31,546 nt of DNA from a virus (lineage: Duplodnaviria > Caudoviricetes), in IMG/VR virus record IMGVR_UViG_3300032295_000488, positions 1 through 31,546 of that record; one strand, written 5' to 3'. A program made the translations under genes and the position numbers. This document shows positions 7,128-15,049 of this stretch, in pieces. Each line of letters begins with the position of its first letter. Position 1 is the first letter of the stretch. The notes below the pieces were generated by a model. It was not told the origin of the DNA and did not search any database. It saw nothing but the letters and a program-made list of their open reading frames with translations.

Positions 7128-8055
7128 CAGGGCGAAGCTCGACGTTTTCTGTCCACGCGGCACGGGCTTCGTCGCCAATCAATCCCAAGAATGGGCAGGG
7201 TGTTCCGGCCATCTCCATTGCCCTAAAGACGCGGAAGTCTTGGCATAGAAGGCTAACAGCGGCGACACGCATACCCATGTCGTAAAGGGTCTTGGACAGC
7301 TTCATCCGTTCGCAGTTCTGGTCACGCACAGTGCGGCCAGCCGACAGGCCAATGATCTGCGTCTGCACTGCGCCTGATTGCCCAGTGGTGCAAAGGTCCT
7401 GGCTGTAGGACATCATCGACGGCGCAATTGCGCTGGGCGGCGGTGATTTGATGTTCTGGTCGATTACCTGACGATTAATGCTTTCGCTGTAGCTTTTACT
7501 ATCGCTGACGTTGACGTTGTTGTTCTGGTTGACGTTATTGTTGTTGTTATTGCTGTTCGTCGTTTGGTTAATCGTGCTGGTGTCGTTGCTAGTGCTGTTC
7601 GTGTTGACAGTGCTGTTGTTGTTGCTGCTGACTGTCTGATTGATTGTGCTGCTGCTGACATCCGTATTGAAATTGCGGTTCGTGTTATCGGATGTGCTGG
7701 TCGATGTATTCTGGTTGATGTTGGTCATCGTCCCAGAATTGATATTATAATTGGTGTTCGTGCTAGTGGACGTATTCTGATTGATGTTCGTCATAGTCCC
7801 AGAATTGATGTTCTGGTTCACGTTCGTGTTGGTGTTCGTGCTGGTATTGACGTTGTTATTGGTGTTCGTCGATGTGCTGGTCGAAGTGTTGTTATTGTTG
7901 TTTGTGTTCGTGCTGGTGGACGTATTTGTGTTGGTATTAGTGCTGTTGGTAGTCGTGTCATAGACGTATGAGGTCGGCGCTGTGGATGTGGCCTGTGCCA
8001 AAACCATAGACGATGACGCAGTTATCGCGATAAAACCCAGCACAAATTGTTTCAT
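7117..8055 (-). CDS. Secreted Asn/Thr-rich repeat protein with 4-Cys C-terminal domain
   Basis: Signal peptide MKQFVLGFIAITASSSMVLA-Q; about 150 aa of N/T/S low-complexity sequence; SPPPSAIAPS linker; globular C-terminus with 4 Cys. Confidence 0.85.
   Translation of the reverse strand: MKQFVLGFIAITASSSMVLAQATSTAPTSYVYDTTTNSTNTNTNTSTSTNTNNNNNTSTSTSTNTNNNVNTSTNTNTNVNQNINSGTMTNINQNTSTSTNTNYNINSGTMTNINQNTSTSTSDNTNRNFNTDVSSSTINQTVSSNNNSTVNTNSTSNDTSTINQTTNSNNNNNNVNQNNNVNVSDSKSYSESINRQVIDQNIKSPPPSAIAPSMMSYSQDLCTTGQSGAVQTQIIGLSAGRTVRDQNCERMKLSKTLYDMGMRVAAVSLLCQDFRVFRAMEMAGTPCPFLGLIGDEARAAWTENVELRPVEK
7693..7812 (-). repeat. Coding tandem repeat NINSGTMTNINQNTSTST x2 (66-nt period)
   Basis: CCCAGAATTGAT at 7732 and 7798; identical 18-aa peptide with synonymous DNA differences. 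Confidence 0.9.
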
Positions 8056-8282
8056 GATCTATCAGCCTTGTTATCCAGCTTGTCTTCAATGCGGCGAAGG
8101 TGCGTCATTACTTCGTCGAACTTCTTGTCGATGCCCTGAAACTTTTCATCACCAAAGCCCAGCCGCGCTTCAAGCAGAGTCAACTTGTTGGTCAGGTTGA
8201 CCCAAACAGTAATCAACCCCCCGATAAAACTCAGGGCGGTGATGACAAAGCCAAGGATGGTGAAAAGAGTATTGGTGTCCAT
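8052..8282 (-). CDS. Small N-terminal TM plus coiled-coil protein (holin/XhlA-like candidate)
   Basis: TM LFTILGFVITALSFIGGLITVWV followed by the heptad FDEVMTHLRRIEDKLD; first gene of the lysis region. Confidence 0.75.
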   Translation of the reverse strand: MDTNTLFTILGFVITALSFIGGLITVWVNLTNKLTLLEARLGFGDEKFQGIDKKFDEVMTHLRRIEDKLDNKADRS

Positions 8283-8285
8283 TAC

Positions 8286-8654
8286 TCAGCCTTTAGGAAG
8301 CGCGATGGTTTTCGTGTTGGCGGGTAACACTTTTTCGCCAGTCGGAATCATTGACGGGTCTATTAGATCAGCAACACCATCACCATCCCTGATCCCGTTA
8401 ATGCAAGCTGCGACAGTTTCGTCTTCCAGTGCGGTCAATTCATGCACCTTGTCTTTGTCGATCCAAATAAGGTGCGGCGCTTTGAAGTCAGATTCTTTAC
8501 CGTCTACCACTACGCGTAGCGAACCTGACGCTAGGAGCGTCAAATGGTCGAACGTGTGCTTGTGACCGACGATCTTGTCGCCAGCCTTCGCGAAGTGGAG
8601 CATCCGCGTGTGAATGTTGGCGCATACGCCGATCAATTTGCGGGGTTCGCTCAT
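8286..8654 (-). CDS. Cupin (RmlC-like) metal-binding protein
   Basis: GHKHTFDHLTLLASGSLRV...VHELTALED two-motif cupin signature; ATGA overlap gives the start at 8654. Confidence 0.85.
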   Translation of the reverse strand: MSEPRKLIGVCANIHTRMLHFAKAGDKIVGHKHTFDHLTLLASGSLRVVVDGKESDFKAPHLIWIDKDKVHELTALEDETVAACINGIRDGDGVADLIDPSMIPTGEKVLPANTKTIALPKG

Positions 8655-9145
8655 GCGGCGCTCACTGGGATGCTTTCGCCAACTGGTGGTACAGGCCACA
8701 GAATGTTGAATGGATCACTTTGAGTTGTAATATCACGCAACGCTTGGCGATACGAACTCCAATTTGCAGTTTCCGTGTTTGTCAGTGGCGCGTCAGATAG
8801 CTGCGTCCAATCGCTTCGAAGTAGCAGAAAGCCGCGTTTACCACGGACCCCGTTCCACTCTTGCTCAGTACGCGCTGCAACCTCTTCTTCCGTCATAGGC
8901 TCAACGGCCCAAGTCTGCCGCCAGATACCGTACTCATCCTTTACCGGAGCGACTTCTACAGCCTTCTCAAACGTGTCGAGATCGGGTTGGTTGCTGAAGT
9001 CGTACAGGCCAAAGCCCAGAGGCTCGATGTCCTCTGGCACGAACGGCCATGAAAAACTTATATCCGGAAACAACGCACGGAAATTTTGCATAATGACGGC
9101 GTGGCCTACAGGCTGGCCGTCAACAAGTTGAATAAACATTGTCAT
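8651..9145 (-). CDS. Tail fibre assembly chaperone
   Basis: C-terminal VRGKRGFLLLRSDWTQLSDAPL...WSSYRQALRDITTQ..P..I.WP..P motif. Confidence 0.88.
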   Translation of the reverse strand: MTMFIQLVDGQPVGHAVIMQNFRALFPDISFSWPFVPEDIEPLGFGLYDFSNQPDLDTFEKAVEVAPVKDEYGIWRQTWAVEPMTEEEVAARTEQEWNGVRGKRGFLLLRSDWTQLSDAPLTNTETANWSSYRQALRDITTQSDPFNILWPVPPVGESIPVSAA

Positions 9146-10335
9146 TATATTGTTCCTGTATTTGTTGATGGGAAAAGGCGAGTGTTTCCAGGCCAGATTA
9201 TGCGGACTGCGCCGCCGGAGCCGTTGCCTCCGGGATATTCTGCAAAAAATTGGACATAACCTATTTGGTCGTAGACTTCATAGTAACTACCAGCGCCACC
9301 GCCGCCTCCGTAAGCGCCTCCATTGCCGCCATAACTGGCTCCATTGCCACCGTCGCCGCCACCACTGCCCCCACGCCCGCGCTGCCCCGAAGTGGTGCTG
9401 TTGTCAAAAGTGCCGCCAGCACCGTTTGAGCCTTGCCCCAAAATACCAACGCCACCGCCGCCGCCGCCAGCTAGCCAATCATAAGAACCGCCAGCTTCTT
9501 GGTTACCATACTGCCTACCGCCCGTGCCGCCGCCGCCAGCGCCGCCACTGCCAGCACTGGCATTTGCGTAAATATTCCCTGCTCCGCCGCCTCCAGAATA
9601 GCCTCCTGCTCCACCGCCGCCAGCGCCGTACCAACTAGACATTCCGTTCCCGCCAGTACCGCCGCCGCTAGCGCCTGAATAACTGCCACCACCTGTTGGC
9701 CCTGGACTCTGACCGCCGCCAGAAGCTGTTAATCCAATCGCACCAGTTGTGCTTGAGCCTCCGCTACCTGGGGCGTTATCAGCTACGCCATTGCCACCAG
9801 CGCCAACAACTATGGTTATAGACGCGCCTGGAGTTACAGAATAATTATTACGATAACCAAGGCCACCGCCTCCTCCGCCATAGGTATCTGAACCTCCAGC
9901 GCCACCTCCAACAGCGACAGCCGATACGCTTGTGACACCTGCTGGGACAATGAACGTGTAAGTCCCAGGCGTTGTATAAGCTGCCTCAGTCGGCATCGCC
10001 ATAGTGGTGATGCTCCATGTCGATTGGGTGGCCCCAATGCTGACAAGGAATGAAACCCCAGTGCTGTAGCTTGACGAAGATGTACCGCGTACAGTTATGG
10101 TTTGTCCAGGTGAGATCATCCCTGACGATGCGTATGATCCGCCATTTATAGAGGCCGTACCGCCGTTCGACACCGACCATGCTGTTGGGGCGTCGTATCC
10201 AGTTGGCGTAATAGTATTTGATGTTGTCACCGTGGACAGGTTCGCGCCGCTGACATTGTTGAAGCCGAAAGCGTTCGGATCAAGGTCTGCGGTTATTCCA
10301 CCCGTCATCAGTAATGCGCGAGATATGCTATCCAT
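9145..10335 (-). CDS. Glycine-rich fibre tip/adhesin with N-terminal Ig-like region
   Basis: YTTPGTYTFIVPAGVTSVSAVAVGGGAGG...GGNGSGGAVRIIWPG Gly-rich domain; start MDSISRALLM at 10335, just after the upstream stop. Confidence 0.85.
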   Translation of the reverse strand: MDSISRALLMTGGITADLDPNAFGFNNVSGANLSTVTTSNTITPTGYDAPTAWSVSNGGTASINGGSYASSGMISPGQTITVRGTSSSSYSTGVSFLVSIGATQSTWSITTMAMPTEAAYTTPGTYTFIVPAGVTSVSAVAVGGGAGGSDTYGGGGGGLGYRNNYSVTPGASITIVVGAGGNGVADNAPGSGGSSTTGAIGLTASGGGQSPGPTGGGSYSGASGGGTGGNGMSSWYGAGGGGAGGYSGGGGAGNIYANASAGSGGAGGGGTGGRQYGNQEAGGSYDWLAGGGGGGVGILGQGSNGAGGTFDNSTTSGQRGRGGSGGGDGGNGASYGGNGGAYGGGGGAGSYYEVYDQIGYVQFFAEYPGGNGSGGAVRIIWPGNTRLFPSTNTGTI

Positions 10336-10339
10336 CGTA

Positions 10340-11350
10340 TTACGCCGTGTAGTTAACTTGAGATGCTGCACGCCAATTTGTGCCAGCATCGTCAGTTACA
10401 AAAGTGAATAAGTGTGTGCGGCTGGTTGTCAGCGTCGGAGCAGTGCCACCAGGCCAGCGCACCGTTGTGGGCCATGTAATTGTGCCGCTATTATGCGTCA
10501 CCTCAAGGGTAAAGGCAAATGCCCGTGTTGAAGGCGCATTGCTAAACGTGAAAGTGCTGTTTCCAGCAATCGTCTTGGTAAAGAAGTTACCCAGAGAGCA
10601 ATCAATGTCGAGTGCTGCAACAGCAACAATATTCTGACGCACTGGACCAAGCGCATCTGTTGTCGCAAATGTCGATGTGCCAGTAAAGGTAGGCGCGGCA
10701 AGAGGCGCTTTAGCATTTAGCTGCGTCTGAATTGCGCTTGTGACGTTATCCAGATAACCAATTTCCGTTGATGAAACTGTCCCAATGCTTGTTGTTGATG
10801 GCAGAACAACTGTGCCGGTAAAAGTAGGATCGGCAAGCGGCGCAGCACCTGTTACATCAGCCACAGGGATCGCAGCGGATGCCGTCATGGCGCTTGTGCC
10901 GTTGCCCTTAATATATCCCGTAAGAGTAGTTGCACCCGTACCGCCGTTAGCGACAGGTAGTGTGCCTGTGACATTGGATGTCAGGTTTACAGTGGTAAGG
11001 TATCCGCTTGGATTCGTCGCGTTATAAGGCGTAAAGCCAAGGGCTGTCGTAACTTGAGTAGATGTGATTTCGGTAAGGTATGTAGCCGTATCAAGCGTAT
11101 AAGTGTTAGCAGCAGTCTTGCGAACAATACCCGTGGTTCCAGACAGGGCAGCAATGGCCGTAAGATCACCATCAAGCGGCTGATAGTTGGCAAGAGCCGA
11201 CTCACGGGCCAGTGGATATCCACCAGCCTGAGTACCATCATGGACAACTAAGGTATCCTTGGTGGTATCGACGGTGACCTCACCCACAACGCCTGTAAAG
11301 GTAGCGTGTTCGGTAGTTGTACCGCGACGAAGTTGAACTTGCTTAGGCAT
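10340..11350 (-). CDS. Tail fibre segment with Mtd/hyaluronidase-like N-terminal domain
   Basis: VQLRRGTT...GEVTVDTTKDTLVVHDG...GG N-terminus; shaft repeats; C-terminal IDCSLGNFF...ITWP..VRWPGGTAPTLT domain. Confidence 0.85.
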   Translation of the reverse strand: MPKQVQLRRGTTTEHATFTGVVGEVTVDTTKDTLVVHDGTQAGGYPLARESALANYQPLDGDLTAIAALSGTTGIVRKTAANTYTLDTATYLTEITSTQVTTALGFTPYNATNPSGYLTTVNLTSNVTGTLPVANGGTGATTLTGYIKGNGTSAMTASAAIPVADVTGAAPLADPTFTGTVVLPSTTSIGTVSSTEIGYLDNVTSAIQTQLNAKAPLAAPTFTGTSTFATTDALGPVRQNIVAVAALDIDCSLGNFFTKTIAGNSTFTFSNAPSTRAFAFTLEVTHNSGTITWPTTVRWPGGTAPTLTTSRTHLFTFVTDDAGTNWRAASQVNYTA

Positions 11351-14300
11351 TAAAAGAGTCCTCCGAAATCGTCATAGCTGTCTAGACTTCCGGTAATTAA
11401 ACCCCAGTCTTGGTTTGAATCGTCTAATGGCGTATACCCCAGTGCCGTAGTTACATCGCTGGAAATCAGTGAAAGTGCGCCACCAAGCGTGAGTGAGCCA
11501 GAAGATGTTACACTACCTGTAAGCGTAATACCAGACACTGTGCCTGTGCCGCCAACAGATGTGACTGTACCAGTGTTGTTGGTATAGCCACTAGGATTGC
11601 TTGCAGAATAACCGCCAAGGGCATTTAACGCATTAGCAGCAGTAGTAGCACCTGTACCACCGTTTGCTATGGGCAGTGTTCCTGTGACCTGTGATGTAAG
11701 GCTAATGCCAGAAAGAGTGCCACCAAGGGTCAACGATCCGCTCGTTGTGACCGTTCCTGTCAGCGTAAGACCATTTACAGTCCCTGTGCCGCCGACAGAC
11801 GTTACTGTGCCGACGTTTGTTGTATATCCGCTTGGGTTGGCTGCTGGGTACGCTCCGAGGTTCGTAAGAGCGGTTGCTGCGTCTGAAGCACCCGTGCCAC
11901 CATTTGCCACCGCTACAGTGCCAGATGTAATCTGGGAACCTGAGATCGCGATAGATGTGTTGGTTACGCCTGTGGCTTGCCCCTGAGCGTTGAACGCAAT
12001 CACAGGGACTGAAGACGCGCTGCCGTAAGTGCTTGCCGTTAGCCCCGTATTCGCAATACTAAAGACCGTGCCAGCCAGCGATAGCCCAGTGCCAGCCGAA
12101 TATGTAACTGGCGCAGCAAATTGCGTAAACACTAAGCCTGTAGTGCCAACAGTAATAGGCAATGGCGTCTGCTGCACCCATGAAGTGTTTGATTGCGTTG
12201 TCCCTGCCGTGACAATGAAGAAGTCACCAGCATCAATCTGATCTACACCTGTGCCAGAACTATCAAAGTCGGTGGCGCGAGTTAGAATGTACGGCGTTGA
12301 GCCATCACCAACTTGCGTTACAGTGTAAATACCGTTGTTCGCTGAAGCGGCTTCGTTCTTAACTAAGACGCGGTTACCCACAACAGCAGTTACGCCGTCA
12401 ATGCTCAGTGCGCCGTTGGCGTTTGCCGTAAGCGTTGCACCGACACCACTTGAGCCGTTGTTATATGTGTTGGTAGATAAAGCAGCAGTTGTAGCCAAGC
12501 GGACGGACTGGTGGAAGTTGATACCAGACGCGATGCTGTCGGCATAAAGTTTATTTACAATGTCAGTGCCGTTAGTTGGCGCTGATGTAATAGTGCCGCT
12601 GGTAAGCGCAATTGATGTAATATCGGTGTTTGCGCCCAATGCCGCAGCACTGAGACTGGTCCGCGCCGCACCAGCCGTAGTCGCCCCTGTACCGCCGTTG
12701 GCAACAGGAAGAGTACCAGTGACGTTTGATGTCAGGCTAACAGTCGAAAGGTAGTTACTTGGATTCGTCGCATTGTATGGCGTGTAGCCAAGCGCCGTAA
12801 CAATCGACTTTTTTTCCCAGAGGCTTGTTGATGTGTTGTAGAACAGGCCGTCGTTGTTCGCTGGTGACTGAGCCGACACATTGTGCAACTCATCCATCTC
12901 ATAGCCGTTTTGCACTTTGACAAACAGCTTACCCTGCGTTGGGTGAGCGTGTTCCACAACCGCCATATAAACCAAGTGGTCAGGTGCATGTGGCTTGGTG
13001 GCGGTCAGCGTTCCAGCCGTTGTCGGGCTTAGATAAAGCTGCTGACCATCTGTGTATGCAGAGGTGTCAATGTTAGTGATTGTGCCGATCAGCGTCACAT
13101 TGCCATTGGCATTGTTAGCAAGGTTGGCAGTAATCAAGCCAAGTGTTTGTGCTGACGTTGCATCACCCGTTGCGATTGCCTTGCTGACAGTAGAAATCTG
13201 ACCAGTAGCGCCGCTGATATACACAGCAGTACCCTTAGTAAGAGTTGCGCCAGTGGTGTTGCGAACAGGCAAAACAACATTGGATGTTGATGTAGCGATG
13301 GCAACAGACAGATCAATGGCTGTCGTGCCTGTGATCGTGACAGAACCATCAGTGGACGCAATGGTTTGAACAGCAGTGTCAGCCCTAGCCCCTTGTGCCG
13401 CTGTAGCATATGCAGAAGCATCTGTGGTAGCCGCAGTACCCAAACCAAGGGCTGTACGCGCACCAGAAGCAGTAGTCGCGCCAGTTCCGCCATTAGCTAT
13501 GGCAAGTGTGCCGCCAAGGGTCAGTGTTCCAGATGTGGTTATTGGCGAACCAGTAAACGTAAGGCCAGTTGTGCCGCCGGATGCAGCTACGGATGTTACT
13601 GTGCCTGTTTCACCACCACCACTTGCTGCGATAGTGAAGTTGGGATACGTCCCTGTAACCGTGACGTTTGTGCCAGCCGTAATGCTTACAACTTGGTCAG
13701 GGGCAGTATTAGTGACCGTGATCGATCCGCTTGAAGTGATGGGGCTACCAGAAACACTGATGCCTGTGCCAGCAGTTAGACCAACGCTTGTGACTGTTCC
13801 AGTATTGGTGGTGTAACCAGCAGGATTCGCAGCATTATACGGCGTATAGCCTAGCGCAGTTGTAACCTGGCTGCTTGTAATCCCTGTAAGATAAGTATTG
13901 GTATCCAGAGAATATGTGTTGGCATCAGTCTTGCGGATCAGGCCAACCGTTCCTGCCAAAGCAGCAATAGCTGTTAGATCACCGTCAAGCGGTTGATACG
14001 TTGTAGCCGCTGTCGCACTTGTTAGGTATGGCGACAAGGCCGATGAAGTAATATAGCCAGCAGGGTTTGTTGCATTGTATGGCGTAAACCCAAGAGCCGT
14101 TGTGACGTTCCCAGATGTCAGCGACAGGGTTCCACCGAGAGTCAGTGACCCAGATGTAGTAATGTTACCCGTTAGTGTCAGGCCGCTAACTGTTCCAGCG
14201 CCAGTTACAGATGTAACTGTTCCTCCAGCGCCAACACTTGCAGTAGTTTGGGTTGTCCCATCTGGAAACTTAAAGCCACCAGATGTGCTTTCAACAATCC

Positions 14301-14475
14301 CAGTCGCAGTGATAGTTCCGGTTTTGCCAACGGTAAATTTCGACACACCACCGATCTGCACATCAATCAGCTTTGAACTAACCGAACTTGCAGTATCAGT
14401 GACATTCAACTTGATGCCGTTGAACGAAGTACCAGCATTGTTCCAAGTGTCAGTCAAATCGTAGATAAATGCCAT
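11350..14475 (-). CDS. Long repeat-rich tail fibre protein (1041 aa)
   Basis: Thr/Gly-rich; repeats GTVTSV (5x), ANGGTGA (4x) and TALG(F/Y)TP (4x); lies downstream of the tail tip genes. Confidence 0.88.
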   Translation of the reverse strand: MAFIYDLTDTWNNAGTSFNGIKLNVTDTASSVSSKLIDVQIGGVSKFTVGKTGTITATGIVESTSGGFKFPDGTTQTTASVGAGGTVTSVTGAGTVSGLTLTGNITTSGSLTLGGTLSLTSGNVTTALGFTPYNATNPAGYITSSALSPYLTSATAATTYQPLDGDLTAIAALAGTVGLIRKTDANTYSLDTNTYLTGITSSQVTTALGYTPYNAANPAGYTTNTGTVTSVGLTAGTGISVSGSPITSSGSITVTNTAPDQVVSITAGTNVTVTGTYPNFTIAASGGGETGTVTSVAASGGTTGLTFTGSPITTSGTLTLGGTLAIANGGTGATTASGARTALGLGTAATTDASAYATAAQGARADTAVQTIASTDGSVTITGTTAIDLSVAIATSTSNVVLPVRNTTGATLTKGTAVYISGATGQISTVSKAIATGDATSAQTLGLITANLANNANGNVTLIGTITNIDTSAYTDGQQLYLSPTTAGTLTATKPHAPDHLVYMAVVEHAHPTQGKLFVKVQNGYEMDELHNVSAQSPANNDGLFYNTSTSLWEKKSIVTALGYTPYNATNPSNYLSTVSLTSNVTGTLPVANGGTGATTAGAARTSLSAAALGANTDITSIALTSGTITSAPTNGTDIVNKLYADSIASGINFHQSVRLATTAALSTNTYNNGSSGVGATLTANANGALSIDGVTAVVGNRVLVKNEAASANNGIYTVTQVGDGSTPYILTRATDFDSSGTGVDQIDAGDFFIVTAGTTQSNTSWVQQTPLPITVGTTGLVFTQFAAPVTYSAGTGLSLAGTVFSIANTGLTASTYGSASSVPVIAFNAQGQATGVTNTSIAISGSQITSGTVAVANGGTGASDAATALTNLGAYPAANPSGYTTNVGTVTSVGGTGTVNGLTLTGTVTTSGSLTLGGTLSGISLTSQVTGTLPIANGGTGATTAANALNALGGYSASNPSGYTNNTGTVTSVGGTGTVSGITLTGSVTSSGSLTLGGALSLISSDVTTALGYTPLDDSNQDWGLITGSLDSYDDFGGLF

Positions 14476-14554
14476 TGGTATTCCCTTCGCGCCATATCAT
14501 TAGCATTTTATGGCTTGGATGCCAACTGAGTATTGTTAATTACGCATCCTAAAA

Positions 14555-15049
14555 TTAGGATGGCTTTGGATAATGATTTTTGATCTCAGTTATCATCTGA
14601 TGCCATGCTTCATATCCGTTATGGTATATGTAGTCGAATTGCTCTCCGTAGCTTGGATATTCCGCAATACGGTTCTCAACATATGATTTAACAAATACGG
14701 AATAGCTGCCGCGATACGCGCCCTGAAGATTAATGTAATAGACGGTAACCCCATCAGTCGGCAGTTGCACTTGCCCAGAATAACGGACACCGTTTAGATC
14801 AAAGAAAGTGTTTGCGGGTAATGTAAAGGACAAATCATCGTTAATATTAACCGACGCTGGAACAGTCAGATCAGCATCTTGGCGCTGCTCAGGCTCCCCA
14901 TTATTAATCCAGAAGTCGCTTGGCGAAAACAGCCCATCAATCACACTAGCATTACCAATGTCCTGCTGCGCCATAAAATCAGCTTCTTGGAAGCTAAAAT
15001 TCTTCAATATCGCGCCTGTTTGCGAATCGTATATGGTGTAGTCGATCAC
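14555..15049 (-). CDS. Tail fibre/tip-associated chaperone-like protein
   Basis: C-terminal RIAEYPSYGEQFDYIYHNGYEAW...IKNHYPK motif, typical of small genes that follow fibre genes; coupled to the J-like gene. Confidence 0.7.
   Translation of the reverse strand: MIDYTIYDSQTGAILKNFSFQEADFMAQQDIGNASVIDGLFSPSDFWINNGEPEQRQDADLTVPASVNINDDLSFTLPANTFFDLNGVRYSGQVQLPTDGVTVYYINLQGAYRGSYSVFVKSYVENRIAEYPSYGEQFDYIYHNGYEAWHQMITEIKNHYPKPS

Noticed and set aside
7480-7960. GTT/GTG-rich repetitive DNA resembling a repeat array or CRISPR
   Set aside because: It is the antisense of Asn/Thr codons in an intact ORF and has no constant repeat with unique spacers.
9145-11350. Diversity-generating retroelement suggested by the Mtd-like N-terminal domain
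   Set aside because: No reverse transcriptase, no template/variable repeat pair differing at adenines and no C-type lectin domain seen in the window. The QLRRGT domain is a general fibre module.
14545-14562. Inverted repeat CATCCTAA-AA-TTAGGATG over the stop codon as a terminator
   Set aside because: Weak AT-rich stem and no U-tract directly after it; function cannot be supported.
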